Shown here in pieces: positions 10,236-18,481 of a stretch of DNA of 64,000 nt (positions are counted from its first letter, which is position 1; every line of letters begins with the position of its first letter). A program made the translations under genes and the position numbers. The DNA lies in assembly GCA_965227515.1 (NCBI GenBank), contig CBDDFZ010000001.1, forward strand, positions 2,144,001 to 2,208,000, given 5' to 3'. The notes beneath the pieces are model-generated. The model saw nothing but the letters and a program-made list of their open reading frames with translations. It did no database searches and had not been told where the DNA came from. This DNA is from Alphaproteobacteria bacterium (GTDB lineage: Bacteria > Pseudomonadota > Alphaproteobacteria > CALKHQ01).

Positions 10236-10300
10236 ATGAACGTCCCCCGTTTCTGCAATAGGTCTGTCTATTGGCACGCCGGCCCGATTGCACTGACGTG

Positions 10301-10390
10301 GTAGCCTGGGTGGAGCGCAGCGTAACCCAGGAGTCTGTGTGGGCGGCTGATGGATGTTCCCCGGGTTGCACGTCATTGCACCCGGGCTAC
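10301..10390. repeat. GTAG-type REP doublet (REPIN), family B
   Basis: GTAG-CCTGGGT..ACCCAGG hairpin and an inverted partner CCCGGGT..ACCCGGG-CTAC; related half at 24081..24114. Confidence 0.8.
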
Positions 10391-10403
10391 GACCCTGTTC
10401 GGC

Positions 10404-12056
10404 TCACCCGGGAATGACCGAGGCGAAGAAGTCGCTGCCCTTGTCGTCGATGACGATGAAGGCGGGGAAGTCGCGCACGCGGATGCGCCACACCGCCTCC
10501 ATGCCGAAGTCCTGGAAGTCGATGGCCTCCAGCTCCTCGATGGAATCGTGGCCGAGCACGGCGGCGGCCCCGCCGATCGAACCGAGATAGAAGCCACCAT
10601 TGGCCTGGCAGCTCTCGACCACGCCGCGCGCGCGGTTGCCCTTGGCGATCATCACCAGGCTGGCGCCCGCGGCCTGCAGGTCGGGTACATAGGGGTCCAT
10701 CCGCGCGCCGGTGGTCGGCCCGAACGATCCCGACGAGAAGCCCGCCGGCGTCTTGGCCGGCCCGGCATAGTAGACCGGGTGGTCGCGGATGTAGTCGGGC
10801 AGGGTCTCGCCCGCCGCCAGCATCTTGGCGAACTCGGCGTGCACCAGGTCGCGGGCGACGATCATGGTGCCGGTGAGCGACAACGGCGCGCCGACCGGCA
10901 GCCTGCCGAGGGCCGCGCGGATGGCATCCATCGGCTGGTCGAGGTCGATGGCGGTCGGCGTGGCGCCGTCCAGCTCCACGGTCGGCAGGAACTGCGCCGG
11001 GTCGGTCTCCAGCTTCTCCAGCCAGACCCCGTCGGCGTCGATGCGGGCCTTGGCCTGGCGGTCGGCCGAGCACGACACGCCGATGCCGATGGGCAGGCTG
11101 CCGCCATGGCGGGGCAGGCGGATGAAGCGCACATCGTGGCAGAAGTACTTGCCGCCGAACTGGGCGCCGATGCCGAAGTTCTGCGTCAGCTTGTGGATGC
11201 GCGCCTCCATCTCGGTATCGCGAAACGCGCGCGCGGTCTCGTCGCCCGAGGTCGGCAGGGTATCCAGCCCTCGGGTCGAGGCGAGCTTCACCGTCTTCAG
11301 TGTCTGCTCGGCCGACAGCCCGCCGCAAACGACGGTCAGGTGATAAGGCGGGCAGGCCGCGGTCCCCAGCGTCTTGATTTTCTCGTCCAGGAAGGCGAGC
11401 AGCCGGTCGGGGTCCAGCACCTGGCGGGTCTGCTGGTAGAGGAAGGTCTTGTTGGCCGAGCCGCCGCCCTTGGCGATGAACAGGAGCTCCAGGGTATCGC
11501 CGTCGACCGCCTCGATCTCGATCTGCGCTGGCAGGTTGGTGCCGGTATTGACCTCTTCGAACGTGGTGAGTGCGGCCATCTGGCTGAAGCGCAGATTGCG
11601 GGTTGCCCAGGTCTGCGCGATGCCGGCGGAGAGAGCGCCTGCCAAGCCCCCTGGCATGTCGCCGTCGACCAGCACGTTCTGTCCCTTCTTGCCGACGACG
11701 ATGGCGGTGCCGGTGTCCTGGCAGCTCGGGAACTGGCGCGCGGCCGAAATCACCGCGTTCTTCAGCAGTTCGCGCGCCACCAGCCTGTCGTTGGCGGACG
11801 ATTCCGGGTCGTCGAGGATCGCGCGGAGTTGCGCCAGGTGGCCGGTGCGGAACAGGTGCGCGATGTCGGAGAACGCCTCGGTCGCCAGCCGGCTGAGCGC
11901 GTCGGCCTCGACGATCAGGAAGTCGCGGTCCCTCAGCCTTTCGCGGCGCACGCCGGTTCGGTCGAGCAGCCGGTATTCGGTGTCGTCCGGGCCGAGGCGG
12001 AACAGTGGCTGGACGTCGCCGCCCGGCTGCGGCGCGGCACTAGATGGTGCGGCCAC
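10404..12056 (-). CDS. fumA: Fumarate hydratase class I (Fe-S)
   Basis: [56 protein letters not shown]. Confidence 0.95.
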   Translation of the reverse strand: MAAPSSAAPQPGGDVQPLFRLGPDDTEYRLLDRTGVRRERLRDRDFLIVEADALSRLATEAFSDIAHLFRTGHLAQLRAILDDPESSANDRLVARELLKNAVISAARQFPSCQDTGTAIVVGKKGQNVLVDGDMPGGLAGALSAGIAQTWATRNLRFSQMAALTTFEEVNTGTNLPAQIEIEAVDGDTLELLFIAKGGGSANKTFLYQQTRQVLDPDRLLAFLDEKIKTLGTAACPPYHLTVVCGGLSAEQTLKTVKLASTRGLDTLPTSGDETARAFRDTEMEARIHKLTQNFGIGAQFGGKYFCHDVRFIRLPRHGGSLPIGIGVSCSADRQAKARIDADGVWLEKLETDPAQFLPTVELDGATPTAIDLDQPMDAIRAALGRLPVGAPLSLTGTMIVARDLVHAEFAKMLAAGETLPDYIRDHPVYYAGPAKTPAGFSSGSFGPTTGARMDPYVPDLQAAGASLVMIAKGNRARGVVESCQANGGFYLGSIGGAAAVLGHDSIEELEAIDFQDFGMEAVWRIRVRDFPAFIVIDDKGSDFFASVIPG

Positions 12057-12789
12057 CGTCGACTTCCAGGATCACGCCGGTGATGAACGAGGCCTCGTCG
12101 GAGCACAGATAGAGTGCTGCGTTGGCAACGTCCTCCGGCTCGCTGAGGCGGCCCATCGGCACGGTGGCAATGAACTTCGCCCGGTTCTCCGGCGTGTCCG
12201 GCATGCCCATGAAGGTCTCGAGTAGGCCGGTCGCCCCCATCACCGGGGCAAGTCCGTTGACGCGGATCTTGTCGCCGGCCAGGTCGACCGCCAGCGAGCG
12301 GGTCATCAGGTTCACCGCGCCCTTCGACGAGTTGTACCAAGTGAGGCCGGGCCGGGGACGGATGCCGGCGGTCGAGCCGACATTGAGCATCACGCCGCCG
12401 CCGATCTCCCGCCAGTGCGGCACGGCGGCATTGGTCATGTGGAAGATGGAGTCGACGTTGATCTCGTAGACCCGCTTGAAGGTGGCAAAGTCGGTGTCGA
12501 GCAGCGGCTGGTTCTTGTGCGACCAGCCTGCGTTGTTGACCGCGATGTCCATCCTGCCGAACGTGTCGACCACCACCTTGACCGCGGCGGCGACCTGCGC
12601 CCCGTCCGACACATCGCAGGTGATCGCGATCGCATCGTCGCCAAGGGTGCCAGCGACGGCGCGCGCACCTTCCGCGTTGACGTCGACGACGGCCACCTTC
12701 GCACCCTCGGCCACGAATCGCTGCGCAATCGCCAGGCCGAAGCCGGACGCGGCACCCGTTACCAAGGTGATCTTATCCTTCAGCCGCAA
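12040..12789 (-). CDS. Short-chain dehydrogenase/reductase (FabG-like)
   Basis: [21 protein letters not shown]; probable TTG start after GGGAGG RBS; stop overlaps the fumarase start. Confidence 0.9.
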   Translation of the reverse strand: MRLKDKITLVTGAASGFGLAIAQRFVAEGAKVAVVDVNAEGARAVAGTLGDDAIAITCDVSDGAQVAAAVKVVVDTFGRMDIAVNNAGWSHKNQPLLDTDFATFKRVYEINVDSIFHMTNAAVPHWREIGGGVMLNVGSTAGIRPRPGLTWYNSSKGAVNLMTRSLAVDLAGDKIRVNGLAPVMGATGLLETFMGMPDTPENRAKFIATVPMGRLSEPEDVANAALYLCSDEASFITGVILEVDGGRTI

Positions 12790-13056
12790 CGTATCCCTCC
12801 CGTGATGTTGCACGCCTATGCAGTCTGCCCGTGCCTGACCGGACGATACAGGCCCGCCCGGCGAAAGTCACAATCTCAACCGCGATCCGCCGGGTTGTAC
12901 ATCTTGTCGGAAACACCACCAAATATGTCTTGTTTATAGCGATTCTCAAATATATTGCTGCCGATACTGGTAACGAAAATGTTATGTGCAACCATATCTG
13001 GAAACGCTCAAAATTGGCCCACTGGGCTCTACTAACTATTTTCCTTCAGGCCAGAT

Positions 13057-13671
13057 ATGCTTAAGAACAATGCGAGTGTGATCGCAACTAAGATTGTCGA
13101 GTATTTTCGAGAAAGTCCCAAGATCGAGAGTTTAACTGAGTTTTTAGAGATCAACGCGCGAAATTTGCAGATATTTCTGGACCCGTCGATGGATGTCATG
13201 CCATGCGTGCAGCTTTCGCAAACGTTCGATTATTGGAGAGGTCTTCCAGTTGTCGATGGCGTCCCGGACACAACGGTCGTCGAACCGGAAAATCTTGTAA
13301 AGGCACTTGGTAATTTAATGCTGGTCGATGTTGTCGATGGCGGCGACGATCTCTTATACGCGTTGTACGGATCGAACATCGCCCTGGTGTCGGGGTTCGA
13401 CATGACCGGCAAGAGCGTCTGGGAAGTGCCGACCACCAGCGATCTACAGGTGTTCTTTGTGGCCTGCTATATCGCGGCACTGGAACTGCGCAAGCCGCTC
13501 TACACTATTCACCGCGCCCCGCCGCATATCACCATCAGCGATTGGCACCGTCTGATTTTGCCGATGGGCAAGAACGGGGAAATTCGCCGTTTTCTGGTCT
13601 GCAACGTGCCGTTCGCGCGGGACGACGAGAACGCGGAGACCGAAGAGGCCGAGCGGGCGGTGAACCACTGA
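13057..13671 (+). CDS. Stand-alone PAS-domain protein (PAS_5-like)
   Basis: FDYWRGL..LGNLMLVDV..LYGSNI..GFDMTGK..RLILPM pattern typical of alphaproteobacterial single PAS proteins. Confidence 0.75.
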   Translation: MLKNNASVIATKIVEYFRESPKIESLTEFLEINARNLQIFLDPSMDVMPCVQLSQTFDYWRGLPVVDGVPDTTVVEPENLVKALGNLMLVDVVDGGDDLLYALYGSNIALVSGFDMTGKSVWEVPTTSDLQVFFVACYIAALELRKPLYTIHRAPPHITISDWHRLILPMGKNGEIRRFLVCNVPFARDDENAETEEAERAVNH

Positions 13672-13691
13672 CTGGCTCACGACCGGCCGGC

Positions 13692-14474
13692 TCACCACAC
13701 CATGTAGCCGCCGTCGATCACGAATGCCGCGCCGGTGCAGTAGCTTGAGGCGGGCGACGCCAAATAGAGCGCCAATGGGCCGATTTCGGGAGGATCGCCC
13801 GCACGGCCCATGGGTATCGCTGCCTCGAAGCTCTTGATCACCGCGGGGTTCTTCTGTGCCCATGCCTTGTTGGCGTCGGTCATGAACAGGCCCGGGCAGA
13901 TCGTGTTGACCGTGATCCCCTTAGGCGCCCAGTCGGCCGCGATAGCCCGCGTGAAATGGATGACGGCCGCCTTGGCGGTCTCGTAGTGCCGGCCGGCGAT
14001 GTCGCGGTTGGCAATCATGCCGCTGATCGAGCCGACGTTGATGATGCGCCCCTTGACGCCGCGCTTCGCCATGTCGCCGCCGAATGCGCGCGTGCACAGG
14101 AACACATGGGTCAGGTTGAGGTCCATGTAGGTGTGCCAGTCGGCCACCGACGTTTCGTCCAGCGTCACGTTGGCCCGTCGCCCGCCGACATTGTTGATCA
14201 GAATGTCGATGCCGCCGACCTCGCTCAGCGCCCATGCGCACATGGCCTCGCACTGGGCCGGCTCGGCAACGTCCGCGATATGGGTCCACACGGTGCGCCC
14301 GCGGCTTCGCAACTTGCTCGCCGCCTCTTCCAGGCTGGCCTCGGTCCGGCCCACCAGCACGATATCGGCGCCGGCATCGGCCAGGGCGAGCGCCATCTGC
14401 AGGCCCAGCCCCCGGCTGCCACCGGTGATCAGGGCGCGCTTGCCGTCGAGCCGGAACAGGTCGAATACCGACAC
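13692..14474 (-). CDS. SDR oxidoreductase (gluconate 5-dehydrogenase/KduD-like)
   Basis: FDLFRLDGKRALITGGSRGLG, INNVG, YETAK, IDGG. Confidence 0.9.
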   Translation of the reverse strand: MSVFDLFRLDGKRALITGGSRGLGLQMALALADAGADIVLVGRTEASLEEAASKLRSRGRTVWTHIADVAEPAQCEAMCAWALSEVGGIDILINNVGGRRANVTLDETSVADWHTYMDLNLTHVFLCTRAFGGDMAKRGVKGRIINVGSISGMIANRDIAGRHYETAKAAVIHFTRAIAADWAPKGITVNTICPGLFMTDANKAWAQKNPAVIKSFEAAIPMGRAGDPPEIGPLALYLASPASSYCTGAAFVIDGGYMVW

Positions 14475-14478
14475 CGCC

Positions 14479-15345
14479 CTAGAGCCCGAAGATGGAGGAC
14501 AAACCGAGCCGGTCGCTGAGGCCGGCCATGGTGGCGTCGTCCGGCACCGCGCTCAGGTCGCTGGCCGCGCGCAGCACCGCCGGCAACAGGTGGACGTCGC
14601 CGACCGAGTTCAGGAAGATGCCCGGCCGCGCCAGCACCCAGTGCACGGCGGCGCTGATGTCGTCCTCGTTCTCCAGCGGCTGGTACCAGGTGACGTGGCT
14701 GCGTTTCACGCCCGCCGCCCACGGCCCGCGCGCGATCGACTTGATGGTCTGGACCGCGACGTTGCGCTCGGCGCACAAGGCGGCGGTGGCCTCGAAGTCG
14801 TCGGCATAGGTCTCGTGATGGGCGGCGAACCAGTTCCACGGCATCAGCACACTGTCGAAGTCGAACCGCTCCAGGCTGCGCTTGTGCATCGCCGCCACGG
14901 TCCAGCCATGCCCGGTCACCCCGATGTGGCGCACCAAGCCCTCTTCGCGCGCCCGCACCGCCGCTTCCAGCGCGCCGCCGGGCGACAGGGCCTGTTCCCA
15001 TTCGTCGGGATGGAACAGGGCGTGGAGTTGCAGCAGGTCGACATGGTCGGTACGCAACCGCTCCAGCGAGCGGCGGATCTCGTCATAAGCACCCTTGGCG
15101 TCGCGCTCGCCGGTCTTGGTCGCCAGGAAGAAGTCGTCGCGATGGCGGTCCATCCACGGGCCGATCCTGAGTTCGGAGTCGCCGTAGCTGGCGGCCGTGT
15201 CGATGTGGTTGACGCCATGTTCGAACAAGAGGTCGAGCACACGGTCGGCGGTCCCCTGGTCGACCTCGCCGAGTGCCGCGCCGCCGAACAGGACGGCAGA
15301 ACTCATGTGGCCGGTGCGGCCGAAGGGGCGTTTCTCGATAGCCAT
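14479..15345 (-). CDS. Aldo/keto reductase
   Basis: [37 protein letters not shown]; start moved to ATG 15345. Confidence 0.92.
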   Translation of the reverse strand: MAIEKRPFGRTGHMSSAVLFGGAALGEVDQGTADRVLDLLFEHGVNHIDTAASYGDSELRIGPWMDRHRDDFFLATKTGERDAKGAYDEIRRSLERLRTDHVDLLQLHALFHPDEWEQALSPGGALEAAVRAREEGLVRHIGVTGHGWTVAAMHKRSLERFDFDSVLMPWNWFAAHHETYADDFEATAALCAERNVAVQTIKSIARGPWAAGVKRSHVTWYQPLENEDDISAAVHWVLARPGIFLNSVGDVHLLPAVLRAASDLSAVPDDATMAGLSDRLGLSSIFGL

Positions 15346-15446
15346 GGCGGGGCTCCTTTGTATGCGCGGGGTGCTGCTGGCAGTGTAGTCTGGCCCCGCC
15401 CGGCCCGTCACGCCGGTTTCCGCCCATAGCGACGATTGGCGCCTAA

Positions 15447-15893
15447 ATGTCCGAACCGCCACAGCCGACACACCTGCCCGACGATCCCCAGGCGCGCATG
15501 CTGCTGCTGGGCGAGGTGTTCTGGCTGCTGCTGCACTCGCCATTGCACCGCCGGCTGACGGTGGACGCAGCCGAGGCCTATTTCGTGACCCCGCTCAGCC
15601 TGGGGCGGCTGCGCTTCTTCCGCCGTGGCGCGGCGCCGGTGGGCCTGGTGACCTATGCCCACCTGGGCGCGGACGCGGAGGCGCGCTACCTGGCCGGAAA
15701 GGAGGCATTGGCGACCGAGGATTGGGACAGCGGCCCGCAGCTCTGGTTCGTCGACATGATCGCGCCGTTCGGCGACGGGCGCGCGATCTCCGCCGAAATG
15801 CGGCGCGGCATTCCTCCCGGCCAGGTCGGCAAGGCGGTGCGCCGCAACCCCGACGGCACCCTGAAACGGGTGGTCGGCTACACACCGCTTTGA
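15447..15893 (+). CDS. hlyC: RTX toxin-activating lysine acyltransferase (HlyC/RtxC family)
   Basis: [14 protein letters not shown] (Ser/His motif) and [18 protein letters not shown] (Asp motif) match HlyC; RTX gene about 2.6 kb downstream. Confidence 0.9.
   Translation: MSEPPQPTHLPDDPQARMLLLGEVFWLLLHSPLHRRLTVDAAEAYFVTPLSLGRLRFFRRGAAPVGLVTYAHLGADAEARYLAGKEALATEDWDSGPQLWFVDMIAPFGDGRAISAEMRRGIPPGQVGKAVRRNPDGTLKRVVGYTPL
15737..15893 (+). repeat. 157-bp direct repeat, copy 1 (3' end of hlyC); left boundary of islet
   Basis: Matches 17608..17764 with four mismatches. Confidence 0.97.
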
Positions 15894-15947
15894 TTTTCGT
15901 GCCTGGTCTTCTTAGTAGTCAGTATGCTCTAAGCACAAGTTGGTTTT

Positions 15948-16604
15948 CTAGTTCCCCTCCAGGAATTTTGTCAAGAGTGCTATGTGGTCATCTGTTTTTA
16001 GAGGAGCCGATGAATAGTAAATATTCTTATCATACGGAAGCCCAATTCGTTTTTCTATAGAGAAGACTCTAGGTTTATAGATGTCTTCTACTTTGCTTGG
16101 GTCGGCATGAAATGACAATCCAATAGGTTGATATTTCGACGTTTTCACCCCATACGACATAAGACTGTCTGTGATTGACGTCATCATTTCTGAGAAAAAA
16201 TTAAATCTATCTTCTATATCAAAATTTAATTGACATACTATCCTGCTTTCATAAAATTTTCGGCTTTCAACTAGATCTGTTATTTCCAGGTCGTATTCTT
16301 GTTTTGCGAATCCGACAAAATCTTCCAGGAACTCATCTAAAATTTTGGTGCTGATCTTCCCCTCGGCCACCAATCCTCCTTGAAATATCTGGAAACTGTC
16401 CACGACAGAGTTGTTGTACTCTCCATGAGAAAATCGCACCGATCCAAATTCTGTCTTCATTTCTTTAATCGATTTCGGATAGTCGGCGAACCGATAGCGC
16501 TTCACCAGGCGGTCTACAGCGTCTGGTAGGTAAAAGGGGCCACTTTTTGTCAATAAAGCAAATGTCCAGATCACCTGATTATTGTCAAAATCCAAAATTT
16601 TCAT
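15948..16604 (-). CDS. Hypothetical protein, third gene of the islet operon
   Basis: 218-aa ORF in AT-rich DNA; ATG one base after the stop of the DUF2442 gene; alpha/beta character; no family confidently recognised. Confidence 0.85.
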   Translation of the reverse strand: MKILDFDNNQVIWTFALLTKSGPFYLPDAVDRLVKRYRFADYPKSIKEMKTEFGSVRFSHGEYNNSVVDSFQIFQGGLVAEGKISTKILDEFLEDFVGFAKQEYDLEITDLVESRKFYESRIVCQLNFDIEDRFNFFSEMMTSITDSLMSYGVKTSKYQPIGLSFHADPSKVEDIYKPRVFSIEKRIGLPYDKNIYYSSAPLKTDDHIALLTKFLEGN

Positions 16605-16605
16605 T

Positions 16606-17184
16606 TTAAATTGCCGAAATTGATGGTTGACGATTTCGGCTATTCGCCAAGTACGAGTCTATTTCTCTATTTTCCTGATCCAAAGCGGCGAAAATATCGT
16701 GTCGACGCCCCAACCATACAGGTGCTTCTTGTTTATTTTTACTTCCGCCAGAAAGGATGTCATCTATATCTATTCTTGATTCTCGTGTTTTTTTCGCCTC
16801 TGTCTTAGGTGGAAAGTCTGGTTCGGGCATCGCATCATTAGTTGTGGCGGGTCGAGCTTGGGCCAGTTCAACTTTTCGCATCCATGCCCGAGTTCCAAAT
16901 CGTCCTTGTAACAGGCTTGGAACAAATAGATCGACGTCGAGGCTGGGCCAATGCAAGCTCAAACCTAAACCATCGGTCACTACGTTCCAAATATCTGACC
17001 GATTCTTGTCATGTAGAGTTTGAATAACCTGTATAGGGATTCTGAATTCGCATCCGTATTGAAGGCTGACGACCAATTCATCGCGCTCAGGATCATAGTC
17101 AACTGAGATTGCGCGAAGGGTTGATTCGGTCAGAGCTCGCCCTCGAGCCTCCGCAGTCTCAAAATCTTGCTTACTCATCGCCAT
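16606..17184 (-). CDS. DUF2442-family protein (putative antitoxin) with long C-terminal extension
   Basis: RAISVDYDP..LVVSL..G..IP..LHWPSLDVDLFVPSLLQGRFGTRAWM is the DUF2442 pattern; start overlaps the DUF4160 stop. Confidence 0.85.
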   Translation of the reverse strand: MAMSKQDFETAEARGRALTESTLRAISVDYDPERDELVVSLQYGCEFRIPIQVIQTLHDKNRSDIWNVVTDGLGLSLHWPSLDVDLFVPSLLQGRFGTRAWMRKVELAQARPATTNDAMPEPDFPPKTEAKKTRESRIDIDDILSGGSKNKQEAPVWLGRRHDIFAALDQENREIDSYLANSRNRQPSISAI

Positions 17185-17416
17185 GAATCTCAAACCACCT
17201 AGCTAGGAATGCGTCCCTGTGCGTTCGAACTTCAGCCATTAGCCGCTTCATCTCGTTGGGCTTGATCCTGACAGTCCATACCAATTTTTCCTCGCCGTCT
17301 ACAGTGCCCAACTCCACCTTGGCCTCACCGTGCCCAACAATGTGGATGTGAGGCGGCTCATGATCATCTGTGTGGATGACGAACCGATATCCGCGCGCTG
17401 TGTGAACCGTAACCAT
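17171..17416 (-). CDS. DUF4160-family protein (putative toxin)
   Basis: MVTVH..GYRFVIHTDDHEPPHIHI...FLARWFEIHG, the characteristic DHxPPHxH motif. Confidence 0.88.
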   Translation of the reverse strand: MVTVHTARGYRFVIHTDDHEPPHIHIVGHGEAKVELGTVDGEEKLVWTVRIKPNEMKRLMAEVRTHRDAFLARWFEIHGDE

Positions 17417-17607
17417 TCAAGCTAGTCGACAAATGTGCATTTTCAATGTGTTCGATGATTCCATTGCTGCCAGAACAACTCGCACCTGGCAACGAGATAG
17501 CGGTCGAGCCGGTTACCATACACGTCTCTATCGACAGCGGTATGCGGTTTGCAGACAACTGGGTGTTCGCTCGTGGCCTTGAGCGGAAGAGGCGTATCTC
17601 GCACGTT

Positions 17608-17764
17608 GCAGCTCTGGTTCGTCGACATGATCGCGCCGTTCGGCGACGGGCGTGCGATCTCCGCCGAAATGCGGCGCGGCATTCCGCCCGGCCAAGTCGG
17701 CAAGGCGGTGCGCCGCAACCCCGACGGCACCCTGAAACGGGTGGTCGGCTACACACCGCTCTGA
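17608..17764 (+). pseudogene. Orphan hlyC 3' fragment (direct repeat copy 2); right boundary of islet
   Basis: Encodes the identical peptide [12 protein letters not shown]...VVGYTPL* but lacks the HlyC N-terminus. Confidence 0.9.
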
Positions 17765-17843
17765 GTCCCTTTGAACCTGCGGTAGCGAAGATGCGACTTC
17801 GCAGGAGAGTGACCGAACAAGCCTCGACAAGAAGGGTGGAACA

Positions 17844-18305
17844 ATGCAACGACAATCAAGAACGCCAAGTCCGCCACGCACGGTTTTCATCGCGTGCGCG
17901 TTGGTCCTTGTCAGCTACGTCCTCACTGGCTTCCGGATCTACCTGAAGTTCTCCAACCCCGAGCGCTATCTGGACGACCTGTTGGTCGTCAGCGTCATAA
18001 CTCTGGCCCTGTTCTGGGCGTTCGCGCTGTCGTTGCCGTTCGTGATGATGGCTGGGCGCAACTGGGCCCGGATCGCATTCCTGGTGTTCGCGGTATCCGG
18101 TGCGACCGTACTCACCTTCGAGACGGAATGGGTCGCCGGGCCATCGCCGGCACATTCGTTGCTCGGTTGGATCCAGTGGGGCTTCCAGATCGTTGCGGCT
18201 GTGCTCCTGTTCCTGCCGGCATCCGAACGCTGGTTCATGGCGATGAAGGCGCACTACAGGAGGCCGGGCGGCAATGTGCATAAGCGCTGCAACTGTGCGA
18301 CCTGA
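17844..18305 (+). CDS. Hypothetical membrane protein (about 4 TM helices)
   Basis: Four hydrophobic segments with GRNWARI and LLFLPASERWF. Confidence 0.75.
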   Translation: MQRQSRTPSPPRTVFIACALVLVSYVLTGFRIYLKFSNPERYLDDLLVVSVITLALFWAFALSLPFVMMAGRNWARIAFLVFAVSGATVLTFETEWVAGPSPAHSLLGWIQWGFQIVAAVLLFLPASERWFMAMKAHYRRPGGNVHKRCNCAT

Positions 18306-18347
18306 CCCAACCCGGGCCGCCGCGACCGGACCTCACCTGATCCGCAA

Positions 18348-18367
18348 TATGGGGCATTGACCCCATA
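18348..18367. promoter_or_regulatory. 20-bp palindrome upstream of the RTX gene (candidate operator)
   Basis: TATGGGG-cattga-CCCCATA, about 115 bp before the ATG. Confidence 0.4.
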
Positions 18368-18481
18368 ACCTGAAACGCTCGCTTACCCCACCTTCCAGTC
18401 ATTCCCGGCCTCAAACCGAACAGGCGACCGGGACCGACGCAACGGTCCGATACGGGCCAATGAAACGGAAGGATCAAGGTA

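Larger units (their letters stand above)
15894..17607. mobile_element. AT-rich islet bounded by the duplicated hlyC 3' end; no integrase or transposase
   Basis: Abrupt composition shift at both repeat edges; carries a three-gene minus-strand operon. Confidence 0.75.

Noticed and set aside
15737-17764. hlyC repeat pair as a diversity-generating retroelement VR/TR
   Set aside because: No reverse transcriptase in the window; the mismatches are not adenine-specific and are all synonymous.
17446-17946. ORFs crossing the right islet junction (17446..17946 +, 17549..17764 +)
   Set aside because: They span the repeat boundary and lack a clear RBS or family; best explained as junction products, though a gene remnant at 17446..17607 cannot be excluded.
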